A stretch of DNA of 64,000 nucleotides, from NCBI GenBank assembly GCA_034226945.1, contig CP120460.1, positions 248,001 through 312,000 of the forward strand, given 5' to 3'. Source of the stretch: Picochlorum sp. SENEW3. Lineage: Eukaryota. Within the stretch, counting starts at the first letter, position 1; each line of letters begins with the position of its first letter. Below the pieces are notes generated by a model that saw only the letters and a list, made by a program, of their open reading frames with translations, searched no databases and was not told the DNA's origin. Both the position numbers and the translations under genes were made by a program. This document shows positions 1-10,675 of this stretch, piece by piece.

Positions 1-4
1 ATAT

Positions 5-526
5 ATGTATCCACGACCTGCAGTGACAGTGGATGCTGCTCTGGTAACGGACGACCCTGTGAGTCCCCACATTTTGTTGATCAAACGCAAGAATGATCCT
101 TTTGCTGGCAAATGGGCTTTGCCTGGTGGATTCGTGGACGAGAATGAGCCTTTGTGGTCCGCAGCATATCGAGAGTTAGAAGAAGAAACAAGTATTCCTA
201 AAAGTGCGCTTAAAACCCCATTGCGGCAGGTGGAAACCTTTGGCAATCCTGGGAGAGATCCTCGAGGCTGGACTGTGACTGTGGTGTTTGGAGCAGTCGT
301 GGATACTTCGGTCAGAGAGCTATCAAAGGCAGCCGATGATGCAGCTGAAGCTGAGTGGTTTGACTGCACAGGTGGTACGCTTCCGGATATGGCGTTTGAT
401 CACGATCTTGTGGTGCGTCGTGTTCTTGAAGCAGTGAGAGACTGGAAAGACACTCCAAAGGATTTGGCGCATTCACTGGATAGATGCATGCCTCATTTTA
501 CTGGTGGGGTGAAAAATCCAGAATAA
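5..526 (+). CDS. Nudix hydrolase (may be 5'-truncated by window edge)
   Basis: Nudix box GGFVDENEPLWSAAYRELEEETS; YPRPAVTVD, RDPRGW and AFDH motifs of the ADP-ribose pyrophosphatase-like subgroup. Confidence 0.9.
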   Translation: MYPRPAVTVDAALVTDDPVSPHILLIKRKNDPFAGKWALPGGFVDENEPLWSAAYRELEEETSIPKSALKTPLRQVETFGNPGRDPRGWTVTVVFGAVVDTSVRELSKAADDAAEAEWFDCTGGTLPDMAFDHDLVVRRVLEAVRDWKDTPKDLAHSLDRCMPHFTGGVKNPE

Positions 527-557
527 TAATTGTATGTAATTATGATGAAATAATGTT

Positions 558-2692
558 CTACTCTGCGTCGCTTTCCGAGACCTGTAAGACGGCCATGAAG
601 GCTTCCTGTGGTACCTCCACCTTGCCAAACTGCTTCATTCTCTTTTTTCCTTTTGCCTGTTTCTTGAGTAATTTCTTCTTTCTTGAAATATCACCGCCAT
701 AACATTTTGCCAGGACATCTTTACGCATGGCAGGTATAGCTTCTGATGCAATGACTCTGGATCCAACAGCAGCCTGAATGGGTACTTTGAACTGTTGACG
801 AGGGATGAGCTCCTTCAACTTCTTCACCAGGGCTTTACCCATGGCATACGCGCGATCTCGGTGTACAATCGAAGCGAGTGGGTCGATTGGTTCGCCATTA
901 ATTTTAATCTCCAAGAGGACAAGATCATTCTTTTTGTATCCCGTCACGGAATACTCCATACTAGCATAGCCTCTTGACCTTGACTTGAGCACATCGAAAA
1001 AGTCAGTCACAACCTCTGCAAGAGGCATGGAATACACGAGTGTTGTCCTTGTTTCGGTCAAATACGTCATATCAATATATTCACCCCTTCTTGATTGTGC
1101 AAGTTCCATAATGGCTCCAACAAATTCTTTGGGTGTAATGATTTCCATTCTAACGTATGGTTCTGAGACATTCTCGCGCTTTGAAGCTTCTGGAAGTTTT
1201 GATGGGCAATCAACAACATGCTCTTCATGGTCTGTTGTCTCACATTTAAACACAACTGTTGGCGCTGTAGTAATAAGATCCAAATCGTACTCTCTCTCCA
1301 AGCGCTCTTGAACAATTTCCATATGCAATAAACCTAAAAAGCCACAGCGAAATCCAAATCCCATGGCAGATGAAACCTCTGGTTCAAACTGCAGCGCAGA
1401 GTCATTCAGCTGCAATTTAAGCAACGCCTCACGCAAATCCGGATATTGCTGAGCATCAGTCGGGAACAATCCACAGAAAACCATCGGAAGAACTTCTGTG
1501 TATCCTGGAAGCACCTCATCTGCTGGATTCTTCACATTTGTAATTGTATCACCAACCCTTGCATCCGACACCTGTTTGATGGAGGCTGATAAATATCCGA
1601 CCTCCCCACAGTACAACTCATGTACCGGTATAGCTTTTGGAGATAACACACCCAGCTCTGTAATCTCATACTCACATTCTGTATTCATAAACCTGACCAC
1701 ATCCCCCTTTCTCACAGCACCATCTGTCACTCGAAACTGAACAACAACACCCTTGTAGGGATCATAATACGAGTCGAAAATTAAAGATCGATGCTTCTCT
1801 TCTCGCGTATCCACTGGAGGAGGAATTCTTTCTACAACAGCTTCCAATATATCTTCAATACCCAATCCCTGCTTGGCTGATGCCATGATGGCATTTGAGC
1901 AGTCCAAGCCAATTACCTCTTCGATTTCTCTCTTCACTCGTTCTGGATCAGCACCAGGAAGGTCAATTTTATTCAACACTGGAATAATTTCGAGATCATT
2001 CTCCAACGCGAGATACACATTTGCCAACGTCTGAGCCTCAACTCCCTGTGATGCGTCCACAACAAGCAAACATCCTTCACACGCAGCCAACGATCGCGAC
2101 ACCTCGTACGAGAAATCAACATGCCCAGGCGTATCGATCAAATTCAGCGCATATAACCCCCCATCCTTGGCCTCATACTTCATCCTCGCCGTATTCAATT
2201 TGATTGTAATACCACGCTCCCTTTCCAGATCCATACCATCCAGATACTGAGCTTGCATATCCCTATTCTCCACAGTATCAGTCTTAATCAAGAGCTGATC
2301 GGCTAATGTACTCTTCCCATGATCTATATGAGCAATGATTGAGAAATTCCGAATGTTCTCCGGAGGCACCTGCATCAACAGCAACCACACCTGTGTAAAC
2401 GTTTGACTACAACACCCATCCATTCAACATCCCAGCATACCTTGACCACTTTGCCCCCTTCATACGACTTTTTTGTATCAATATCAGTGTATGAAGACAC
2501 AAATGTTCTCATATCTGGGCGAATCAGACGCATAGGAACCCACGAGCGAAGATTCTGACTCATGTGTCTCTGCCCTTCTCGTCCAATCCTGCATGGTCTC
2601 ACGACCCGCTGAAAGCTATTGTGAGGTTCTGCAATTGCATGCGTTCTGTTCCCATCGCAATGGCCCGGTCGAATCTGCGTTTTGGAAAGCAT
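558..2692 (-). CDS. lepA: Translation factor GUF1/LepA (EF-4), probably plastid-targeted; intron 2370-2440
   Basis: [32 protein letters not shown]-terminal [20 protein letters not shown]...TGCAG intron joins exon 1 (2692-2441) in phase 0 to VPPENIRNF. Confidence 0.95.
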
Positions 2693-3019
2693 GATACGAC
2701 ACGACGCCCACTACCACAGATGATACTGATCCAGGCAGTGCGCTTTCTTCTTCCAAATTTAGTTTTAATTCATAGATTGCAGTCACAATGCGAGTTGTAC
2801 GCCGTGATACATGTAGAGGCATTGCATTCGCCAAGCGGATGGGCTACTGCCGTATATAAAACATTATGAACAATTCCTTCCAGGACCCCATGCCAAGGAT
2901 TCTTCTTCTTTCCGAGACTCAGCCATGTGTCCTCAAAAAATTCTTCCATATATATAGATCTATCTATTCGGATACAGGATGCAATAGTGGGAGTATGTGA
3001 TGGCAATGCAGGAATATAT

Positions 3020-4366
3020 ATGGCAAGCAGTATGAAGACACACTCCTGTCCTGCTGCTCTGTTGTTGTATGGGTCCCATGCACTGTCCACGGCTGGGGAG
3101 AGGGCGTTTGAGTTCTTGATTGGGCTCATTCTGATCAAAGTGTACAATGACTCTCTTTTCATGGTGGCCTTGTTTGGCTTGCTTGATTCTTTGGTGGTGT
3201 CCCTTGCATCATCCCACCTTGGCATTCTTGTTGATTCACTGGACAGGTTGAAGGGGACATGCTTCATGTATCTGGGGCAGAATGTTGGTATATTTGTCGC
3301 CTCGATTGGGTTTTATATTCTTCTGTCTCGGTCAGAGCATGACTCTGTGGGGGATTATTATATGGTTGTATCTATGAGTATCATGGCTGCATGCCTGTCG
3401 AGTCTTGGTGCCATGGGGGCAACAATTAGTGTCGAAAGGGGATGGACAAAAGCATTGTGTGGAGAAGATATCTCCATGCTCTCCAGTGTGAATGCAATCA
3501 TGAAGAGGATTGATCTTGTATCACTTATTGCCAGTCCTATTTTGGTGGGGATACTGATTGAATCCCAGGGATATCTCACCTGTCTTGTATGTCTCTGTGG
3601 GTTCAATGTAGGGTCATTCATTCTTGAATGTTATTTCTTACAGCGTGCAATGATCTATGAGGAGAATTTGCGTCGAGCCTCGCCGTCACAAGAAAGGCCT
3701 GCAGAGACGCAAGCATCATCCATGGCTGCTGGGCTGACATTGTATCTCAAGCAGGACTGTGTGTGGTATGCAGCATCGCTTGCTCTTGTGTATCTCACGG
3801 TCATGTCTTTTGGGACTATTATGACTGGATATCTTGCATGGAGAGGTCTAGGAGAATCTGTATTATCTATATTTAGAGGAATAGGGGCTGCACTGGGGGT
3901 TGGTGCCACTGTGTTTTTTCCCTTTGCGAGTACCAGATGGGGATTGCCGAAAAGTGCTCTTTTTGCCATTTGTGGCCAATGTATTTGTATTATATTAGCT
4001 GTTTTGCCCATTGTGTGGGTTGGTGATCAGTTCGGCAAGGCCGCAGAGATGTCACTGCTACTCTTTTTATCCCTGTCCAGGTTCTTCTTGTGGTTGTTTG
4101 ATCTCTCTGTGAATCAAATTATGCAGCTCGAGAGTTCCAAAGACAGTGTAGGAGCCATATTTGGTATACAAAATGCGTTTCAGAGTGGTTTTCAAACAGT
4201 AGCGTACGTCATGACGATGGTCTTTTCGAATCCACATCATTTTGAGGTACTGATGTTAGGGTCGACCCTAGTTGTTGTTGTGGCAAGCATCGCCACCTTT
4301 GTCGGGCACAGGAAACACAATCATGAAAACGAAGAAGAATCTGTTGAATTAATGCAACATAAGTAA
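3020..4366 (+). CDS. FPN1: Ferroportin/IREG (SLC40) metal exporter
   Basis: LYGSHALSTAGERAFEF, ISVERGW, VNAIMKRIDL, YLTVMSFG, LSRFFLWLFDLSVNQIMQ motifs; multiple TM helices; first plausible ATG 3020. Confidence 0.9.
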   Translation: MASSMKTHSCPAALLLYGSHALSTAGERAFEFLIGLILIKVYNDSLFMVALFGLLDSLVVSLASSHLGILVDSLDRLKGTCFMYLGQNVGIFVASIGFYILLSRSEHDSVGDYYMVVSMSIMAACLSSLGAMGATISVERGWTKALCGEDISMLSSVNAIMKRIDLVSLIASPILVGILIESQGYLTCLVCLCGFNVGSFILECYFLQRAMIYEENLRRASPSQERPAETQASSMAAGLTLYLKQDCVWYAASLALVYLTVMSFGTIMTGYLAWRGLGESVLSIFRGIGAALGVGATVFFPFASTRWGLPKSALFAICGQCICIILAVLPIVWVGDQFGKAAEMSLLLFLSLSRFFLWLFDLSVNQIMQLESSKDSVGAIFGIQNAFQSGFQTVAYVMTMVFSNPHHFEVLMLGSTLVVVVASIATFVGHRKHNHENEEESVELMQHK

Positions 4367-4376
4367 TACATGCGGA

Positions 4377-5957
4377 TCAGTCATCAGACGTTGTATTGCT
4401 GCCAAACAATCGTGCTTCCCGTTCAGCCCTTTTTTGTCGGCGTTCCTCTTTCAATGCATCGCGCCTTTCAAACCATTCCTCACTCTTTCGCACGACATAT
4501 TCGGCCATAGTTTCATCATAATGTACAAGAGAAAGCTGCTCATGCCACTGCTCCCAATCTTCATGCTGGAGTTGTTCATTCAGTCCTGGATACAAGATGC
4601 GTGAGACAAATTCTCGCTGTCGCTCCACACCACCGTCCAGGAGAATCAGCGAATCGCCAGATGCGCGTTGTGTAGGAGATGGCTTCCCATCATAACTCTT
4701 CCGAAATTTGCCAAAGTCCGCATCGCGCAAGACGAGCGTACCAGGAGGAGCGCGTGGTAGATTCATCCTCACAGGTGGGGCAACGGCAGCCCTCAGGAGT
4801 TCTGGAGGAATAATTCCTAATCCAACCATGACTGCTCCCGCAACCATATGGCGTATTTGATGGAGCATGAACGACCCACCGCATACAGCAAGTTTGACGC
4901 ACGGCACACCACCATGCTCTACAAGTTCAACCAACCCATTGCTTGACGTGCAGTCCTCTACATATCGATAATGCGATCGCACTATCGGGTCATTATCATC
5001 TCTCTCGTCTTTCCATTCGAATGCAATCCTTCCTTTAGCTCTCTCGGAGGTATCATGCACAGCATCATGGTCTTCAGTATCTTCTCTGGTATCATCATCA
5101 TCATCACCATCATCACTACTGCTTGTAACACTGCTCTGCTGCCCAGAGTGCCTCTTCTGTCGATACAATCGCCGCTTTGTAAAATTATGAAATGCGTGAT
5201 ACCCTTCATATGACCTCCATGCATCTCCCAACCGATCTATAACATCATCAATGCTCCCAGCAGTCTCCCTCTTGGCCAAGCTAAGGAACGACACTGGTAT
5301 ATAGTATTCATAATACCGCCGAATACACTCTCGGCGCGCATCAAAACTCTTCACCACACGCTGCACTGAGAACACCATAACATCTTCTGGCAAATGCGCA
5401 TTAATACCAGACACAATTGATGCACCATCAGGCTCTGATTCAAACACCTCTGGATCACATTCCAACTTGAGAGAGATGACTGTAGACAAACTATGCACCC
5501 GTTTATCAGTCCGACTGGACCTACACCACCCAATTTTACCTAAAGACCCCCTATTAGACTCTAAAATACCACCCGATTTGTAGATTGCGTCCTCCAAAAC
5601 ATCCTCTACAGTCAACGATGGGACCTGTGCTGCCCACTCAGCACCCCGCTGTGATGGCTGAATCTGAAGCCCTCTATACCGAGTCCCTTCATACCCAACA
5701 AACAATGCAACTTTTCTCTTCCCTAGACGCTTCTCCTTCACGCTCTCTGCTTCCCCCTGCATCGACAGGGCCGAGCAAGAAAAAATGCACGTCTTGTTGG
5801 CATGTCGACTTGTCGAATACTCAAGTCCTATGGGAGGCAGAATGCCTTTAGCAGTAGATCGACATTTAATACAAGAAATCAGCGCAGATGTCATATTCAT
5901 TCGAATTGCCGAATGCCCTCCAAAAGTGACCGAGTAGCAAAATTGTATTCGGGACAT
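4377..5957 (-). CDS. tRNA pseudouridine synthase, TruA/Pus1 family
   Basis: KRKVALFVGYEGTRYRGLQ, SSRTDKRVHS (catalytic Asp), HAFHNFT, GSFMLHQIRHMV; start may lie further downstream. Confidence 0.92.
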   Translation of the reverse strand: MSRIQFCYSVTFGGHSAIRMNMTSALISCIKCRSTAKGILPPIGLEYSTSRHANKTCIFSCSALSMQGEAESVKEKRLGKRKVALFVGYEGTRYRGLQIQPSQRGAEWAAQVPSLTVEDVLEDAIYKSGGILESNRGSLGKIGWCRSSRTDKRVHSLSTVISLKLECDPEVFESEPDGASIVSGINAHLPEDVMVFSVQRVVKSFDARRECIRRYYEYYIPVSFLSLAKRETAGSIDDVIDRLGDAWRSYEGYHAFHNFTKRRLYRQKRHSGQQSSVTSSSDDGDDDDDTREDTEDHDAVHDTSERAKGRIAFEWKDERDDNDPIVRSHYRYVEDCTSSNGLVELVEHGGVPCVKLAVCGGSFMLHQIRHMVAGAVMVGLGIIPPELLRAAVAPPVRMNLPRAPPGTLVLRDADFGKFRKSYDGKPSPTQRASGDSLILLDGGVERQREFVSRILYPGLNEQLQHEDWEQWHEQLSLVHYDETMAEYVVRKSEEWFERRDALKEERRQKRAEREARLFGSNTTSDD

Positions 5958-5994
5958 GCAATTACACCAACTCGATCGATCAGCTCATATATAA

Positions 5995-6792
5995 TTAACT
6001 TAATACTTTAAAACTCTTTTGGATGCGTTTTAAATTATCCTGGCCTCTTCTCCATTGCCTAGAATTCGACGTGGTTGAGAGAATGATTAACCTGTTGCCA
6101 ACAGCAGTGGCAGAGACTAAATGATGTGGTTTGACATACCATCGATAATACGTCAACCCATCCACCACCTCCGTCTCCGTCTCCATGACATCGTCATCTA
6201 TCAGTGGTGATCCATACAGCTCGGGAGCGAAACCAGCAATAATCTTATCTGGAGGACCAATATTTTCAATGGTCACATTGGCATTGTACCCCACATCCAT
6301 GAACCTCAAAACGGGTGCGACGACGACCTGCAAGCTTCCTTCATCTAGGTTTTCAAATCTCAAATCAATCTCTGTACCACCCAAATCCGCTATACTCACG
6401 GGCTTCTCCTCCCATCCTTGTGGCACTGTGAATCTGTATTTTGGCAGCTCTGACCATCCAACACCATGAGATCCAGCCTTTCCTTCTGGTCTCGTGTACG
6501 TGAATCTTCCCTCTGCATCCGGTCCAGTGATTCCGGGAATTCGACCCGCCGTCATCCCTTGAACGGCATCAGAAAAGGCCATCCTTCGTGCATGCATGGA
6601 GCCTTGTCCACCACTGATTGCAAGCTGTTCTACGACAGCCTGATACGCCAACGATACAGCAGGAACACTTAGTACTGCATCTCGAAGCACATGCCTTCTC
6701 TGAACGACAGGTCGACATGTCACGTCACGTGTCCTTGTTTGGCAAGGAGTGCTTTCTCCACCACAACGAAGATTGCCAGTCGGATTCTGCAT
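5995..6792 (-). CDS. PPD4: PsbP-domain protein 4 (thylakoid lumen)
   Basis: AGRIPG, HGVGWS, PVSIADLGGTEIDLRF, VAPVLRF and SATAVGNRL match plant PPD4; RR motif plus hydrophobic segment in transit peptide. Confidence 0.85.
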   Translation of the reverse strand: MQNPTGNLRCGGESTPCQTRTRDVTCRPVVQRRHVLRDAVLSVPAVSLAYQAVVEQLAISGGQGSMHARRMAFSDAVQGMTAGRIPGITGPDAEGRFTYTRPEGKAGSHGVGWSELPKYRFTVPQGWEEKPVSIADLGGTEIDLRFENLDEGSLQVVVAPVLRFMDVGYNANVTIENIGPPDKIIAGFAPELYGSPLIDDDVMETETEVVDGLTYYRWYVKPHHLVSATAVGNRLIILSTTSNSRQWRRGQDNLKRIQKSFKVLS

Positions 6793-7058
6793 TACACGAC
6801 AGCTATGTTTCGTGATCAATGAATATGTATTGAGATGTACCGACTTAATCAATCATAAAATAATGAAATGTTCATGTCGACAAACGACAGAGAATTACTG
6901 ATGAGTTCATTCTTTGCTTTTCTAATTGCTTCACTACGGAATTAAATACATTCTGCACTTCATTGATCGGTCCGAGAATCAGTTGACCAAGAAAACTGGA
7001 CAGATCAAGGAGGTGTCCCCTTCTCATTCGCAAACCAGAATTATTTCAAATTTCAATC

Positions 7059-7682
7059 ATGTCTGATATTGTGTCACTTTCTGATCAAGATTCAAGCCCA
7101 ATTGGGATTGCCAAGGCAGTGCTTGGTGATATGCCGTTCTCGTACGAGGCTATTCACAATCGGACAGGTCTCTCACGATCTGCTTGTGCGCATGCTGTTC
7201 TATCCGCGTGCACGAATATTCCTGAAGGATATGATTCCGGAAAGGCAGGCGAAAAATTATTAGAAAGACTTCTCGGTGAAGTCACCCCGTCAGACGTCGA
7301 GGGTCGTTCCATCGAAGGTCCCTCTGCTTATATTGAAAAATTTCGAAAGCATGCAGACAGTCAGGGGGTAAAGGGGTTCCCTCGTATCACCTGCTATGTC
7401 GTGGAAGATGGCATTGAGTATGCTATAGGGATACTCTTTTACGTGTATATGCTGTTTCAGGATGAAGATTTCATGTTGTCCTACAGGAAAACGGAATTTG
7501 AATCTGATGGAAGAACCATCTCCTATACAGATGCTGAATTAGGAGACTTTGTGCAAGAAGAATGTGCTGCTTACAAGGCAGGTTATCGGTGCAACCGAGA
7601 GATGGAGATGCTGGAAGAGGACATGGGTCTCCAAGGAGAGTCTCTGATGAAGTTCAGAGCAATGTATGAGAGAAGAGAGTAG
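7059..7682 (+). CDS. Hypothetical 207-aa protein (orphan), full-length copy
   Basis: Uninterrupted ATG ORF; reading frame preserved in the duplicate at 13495; no recognised motif. Confidence 0.65.
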   Translation: MSDIVSLSDQDSSPIGIAKAVLGDMPFSYEAIHNRTGLSRSACAHAVLSACTNIPEGYDSGKAGEKLLERLLGEVTPSDVEGRSIEGPSAYIEKFRKHADSQGVKGFPRITCYVVEDGIEYAIGILFYVYMLFQDEDFMLSYRKTEFESDGRTISYTDAELGDFVQEECAAYKAGYRCNREMEMLEEDMGLQGESLMKFRAMYERRE

Positions 7683-7856
7683 ATTCGATAGTCTCTCGTA
7701 CTACTAAGAAGATAGGCAAGCATCCCGAAACGCACTAGCAATTTATGTCTAAGTCTGTAAATGCACTTGCCTTTCTTCCTCACAAACAATCGAATTTGAA
7801 GCAACATGCTGATCAAGCAACATCATTCTCGTATTTCTCATACAAAAGCCAGTGGC

Positions 7857-7944
7857 TACACTCGGCCGTCCTGCAGATGTACACAACTACAGTGATTGGT
7901 CCGAGAATCGTTGACCAAGAAAGAAAACTGCATTGGACAGATCA
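7857..7944 (+). promoter_or_regulatory. About 90-bp upstream module shared by two unrelated genes (also 13356-13443, 14082-14172, partial 6960-7007)
   Basis: TACACTCGGCCGTCCTG(C/T)AGATGT...GGTCCGAGAATC...GTTGACCAAGAAA...TGGACAGATCA lies 52-115 bp before each ATG; regulatory role is inferred. Confidence 0.5.
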
Positions 7945-8039
7945 GGCACGTGTGCCGTGTTCTTGTCGAAACATCAATCAACGGCACCGACAAAGTAAAA
8001 AAGAGATCTAAAACACACAGCAGACATCCAAACAATACG

Positions 8040-8582
8040 ATGCACAAGGCTTTGATCATGTCGTGTATGGCAATGGCTGTCTATGCGTTAGCCACATTAT
8101 CACTTGTAAACGCTCGAACCCTTCAGGTGAGTATAGTTCCATCCAGATCGATGCGTTAATAGTCTGATCTGTGGCTTCGATTCCATGATATGCATGATGT
8201 ACCTTTCTGCAGCAATTCGGGTGCTCAGCGTCTCCTGGGCCTCAACCTGAAGAATGCGCCTGGGAATGGTACGTGAGGTTGTTATCCTAGAAGATCCAAG
8301 ACTCTATAGCATGTGTGACAAGGCATTGTGTGTAGGAGACGGGATGAAATCGAGTGCAAAGGTCTTGCCAATGGAACCAAGCTCGAGTGTGAGACTGAGA
8401 GTGATGGAAGATACATTGAGTGCGAGTTTGAACAGTCGAGGCAATTCGAGATCAAATTTAGATGCGATGTAGACATTGATTGCCAAATCCAGTGTCAGAA
8501 TTCGACGCTCGCTAATATCCCCGAGTCATACCGAGGACAGGTGGAGTCTATTTTGAATGCCTGGGTGCCATATGATGATTGA
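8040..8582 (+). CDS. Small secreted 8-Cys protein, paralog 1 (129 aa; exons 8040-8126, 8213-8268, 8336-8582)
   Basis: Signal peptide MHKALIMSCMAMAVYALATLSLVNA-RTLQ; GTGAGT..CTGCAG and GTACGT..TGTAG introns in phases 0 and 2; same structure in both paralogs. Confidence 0.85.
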
Positions 8583-8908
8583 TCAAGAACATCTCATGCA
8601 TATCCTGAATGTAACGTTTGCACATTCAACAGTATTAAGTTGGATACTATGTATGCAATAAAATGTAATCATCCATAAACTCTTGCTCCTTAGGAGTGAA
8701 ACATTATCCTTTGCACGAATGTCCATGTTTTGATACCTGCATCAATAGTATCATCTTAATATGCCCAAAATTAGGATTGTCCAAGAAATTGCACACCGTG
8801 CGGCATCTTTTCAACAAATCCATGCAGAATGAGATCTTTCAATACAATTTGAGAGGTAATTAAAAGTACGAGGTACACATACAAACGGTTTTGAAGACAC
8901 ACAAGAAT

Positions 8909-9438
8909 ATGAAAAAGGCATTCACTGTTTCTTGGCTGGCAGCCTTTGTCCACGCGTTGTGCACCGATGCTCTTGTGAATGCCCGAACTCTTCAGGTTTG
9001 TTGGTATTCATCGGCAGATAGACTAACGAGGTTTGTTCATGAGATGTGCCTTTGATTTTGCAGCAAACAGGGAGGTGCTCAACGTCTCCTGGACCTCGTC
9101 CGGAAGAATGCGCCTGGGAATGGTAGGTTTCTTGACCCAATGTGAATGATACACATGCCGAGACGTACCATTATCATTTGAGCATGTGTAGGGAGCGAGA
9201 TGACATTGAGTGCCGAGATCTCGCCAATGGTGCAAAGCTCGAGTGCTGGACTGAAGATGGGAGAACCACAAGATGCTACTTTGAGCAGGGAGGCATGCCA
9301 GATATCAATTTCACATGTGACATAGATGCCGACTGTCAAATTCAATGCCAAAAATCTGTGCTGCCCAATATCCCTGGTGATGCCCGAGGCCAGGTCGAAT
9401 CCATTCTGAACTCCTGGGTGCCAACATATGATGATTAA
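8909..9438 (+). CDS. Small secreted 8-Cys protein, paralog 2 (exons 8909-8995, 9064-9122, 9192-9438)
   Basis: MKKAFTVSWLAAFVHALCTDALVNARTLQ|QTGRCSTSPGPRPEECAWEW|ERDDIEC...GQVESILNSWVPTYDD; same intron positions and all 8 Cys as paralog 1. Confidence 0.85.
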
Positions 9439-9490
9439 ATTTGGCCTCTCCCGCATGGAGTTCCATGCACCATGTTAACAGTCAAAAAGA

Positions 9491-10000
9491 TCAATTCAAT
9501 GTATACAATGCCATGTAACTGTGCATCAAGTTTTTGAAAACACAAACTTCAGAACATCTACCTCGTTTCCCTACAACGCGGTAGAGCTTGTACAGGTCAA
9601 TCTCCTGTCCGACAAACACGGGCTTTTTCCAACTCTTGCAGCATCTGGTGGATTCCTGGAATGCGTTGAACATTGCCCAAAATTGCCTGGCCTCTGTGAC
9701 AGTAACTTTCCATTGCAGCTCATGAAAAGATTGAATTTTCGTCTTGAATTTTAATCCAATCTGATCAGGGGCATGCGGCGCCTCCCAGCGGGATGGCGGG
9801 ACTATCTTGGCCATCCCAATGAGTTCTCCCTGGCGACTGATGGAAGCAAGGTATCCGAGAGGGTCACACCATTCTGCCTCTATAGGCCTGAACACAGGGA
9901 TTTGAAAACATTCTATACACCGTCGTAACTCTTTATTACCCCCCATAGTATCTGTACAAGGGCTCTGTTTGTCGTTCAGGAAGGCCTCAAGACAAGCCAC
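9491..10000 (-). pseudogene. Fragment of KDM5/JARID1-type histone demethylase (JmjN + partial ARID, no JmjC)
   Basis: JmjN: PVFRPIEAEWCDPLGYLASI...GMAKIVPP..W; ARID: PVFVGQEIDLYKLYRVVGKRG; ORF stops and no JmjC exon is visible downstream. Confidence 0.7.
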
Positions 10001-10675
10001 CTTTTCAGAAACTGGCCCAGTTTCACCAGTGGTGCACGTTCTTGCACCGAGCGACTCTCATTATAGTGTATATATTGCCTTCTATGATACCTATATAAAA
10101 TTTAACTCTACTATTTTACTACTATTCGTACCAGCAAGCCCGGATATTCATTTGTGCTTTCAAGAAGAGAGCAAAAACACAATGTCCCTGCAGGGACAGG
10201 GCTGTCGATCAATGAGTGATTCATGCTCACTGGAATCAACTCACTTGAACTAGACGTTCGATGTTGATTCGCTTTTTCCAAGAACATACTTCTGGATATC
10301 GATCAGAAGGAAGAAATCACCCATACATTGTTCTTGTCATCCTTCAGGAAGGTGTCATTTCTATTGATTTGTGATGAGAGTACAATGATACGTTCTCATT
10401 CGATACGATACATTCTAGCTCCAGCGATGTGTGATCATGATATTGGCCATGATGAACGTTGTGACCAAAGAACAAATGGTACTCAAAACACAAGCTTTGA
10501 TGTATGGCCTGGCGAGTTGTTTCCACTATGTGGGTAGGTTTACTCATGACGGATTACTCCTGCAAGTCTCTTTCACAGATGCATCAAATCTATTGCAAGT
10601 GGCAGGAATATGTGAAACCAAATGATTATTCATCTCTTACACGCAATATAATTCAATAGTATGAATGATTAATTG

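Larger units (their letters stand above)
6960..8606 (+). repeat. Segmental duplication copy A (pairs with 13391-14853)
   Basis: Near-identical from TCATTGATCGGTCCGAGAATC to CATGCATATCCT; copy B lacks the equivalent of about 7499-7733. Confidence 0.95.
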
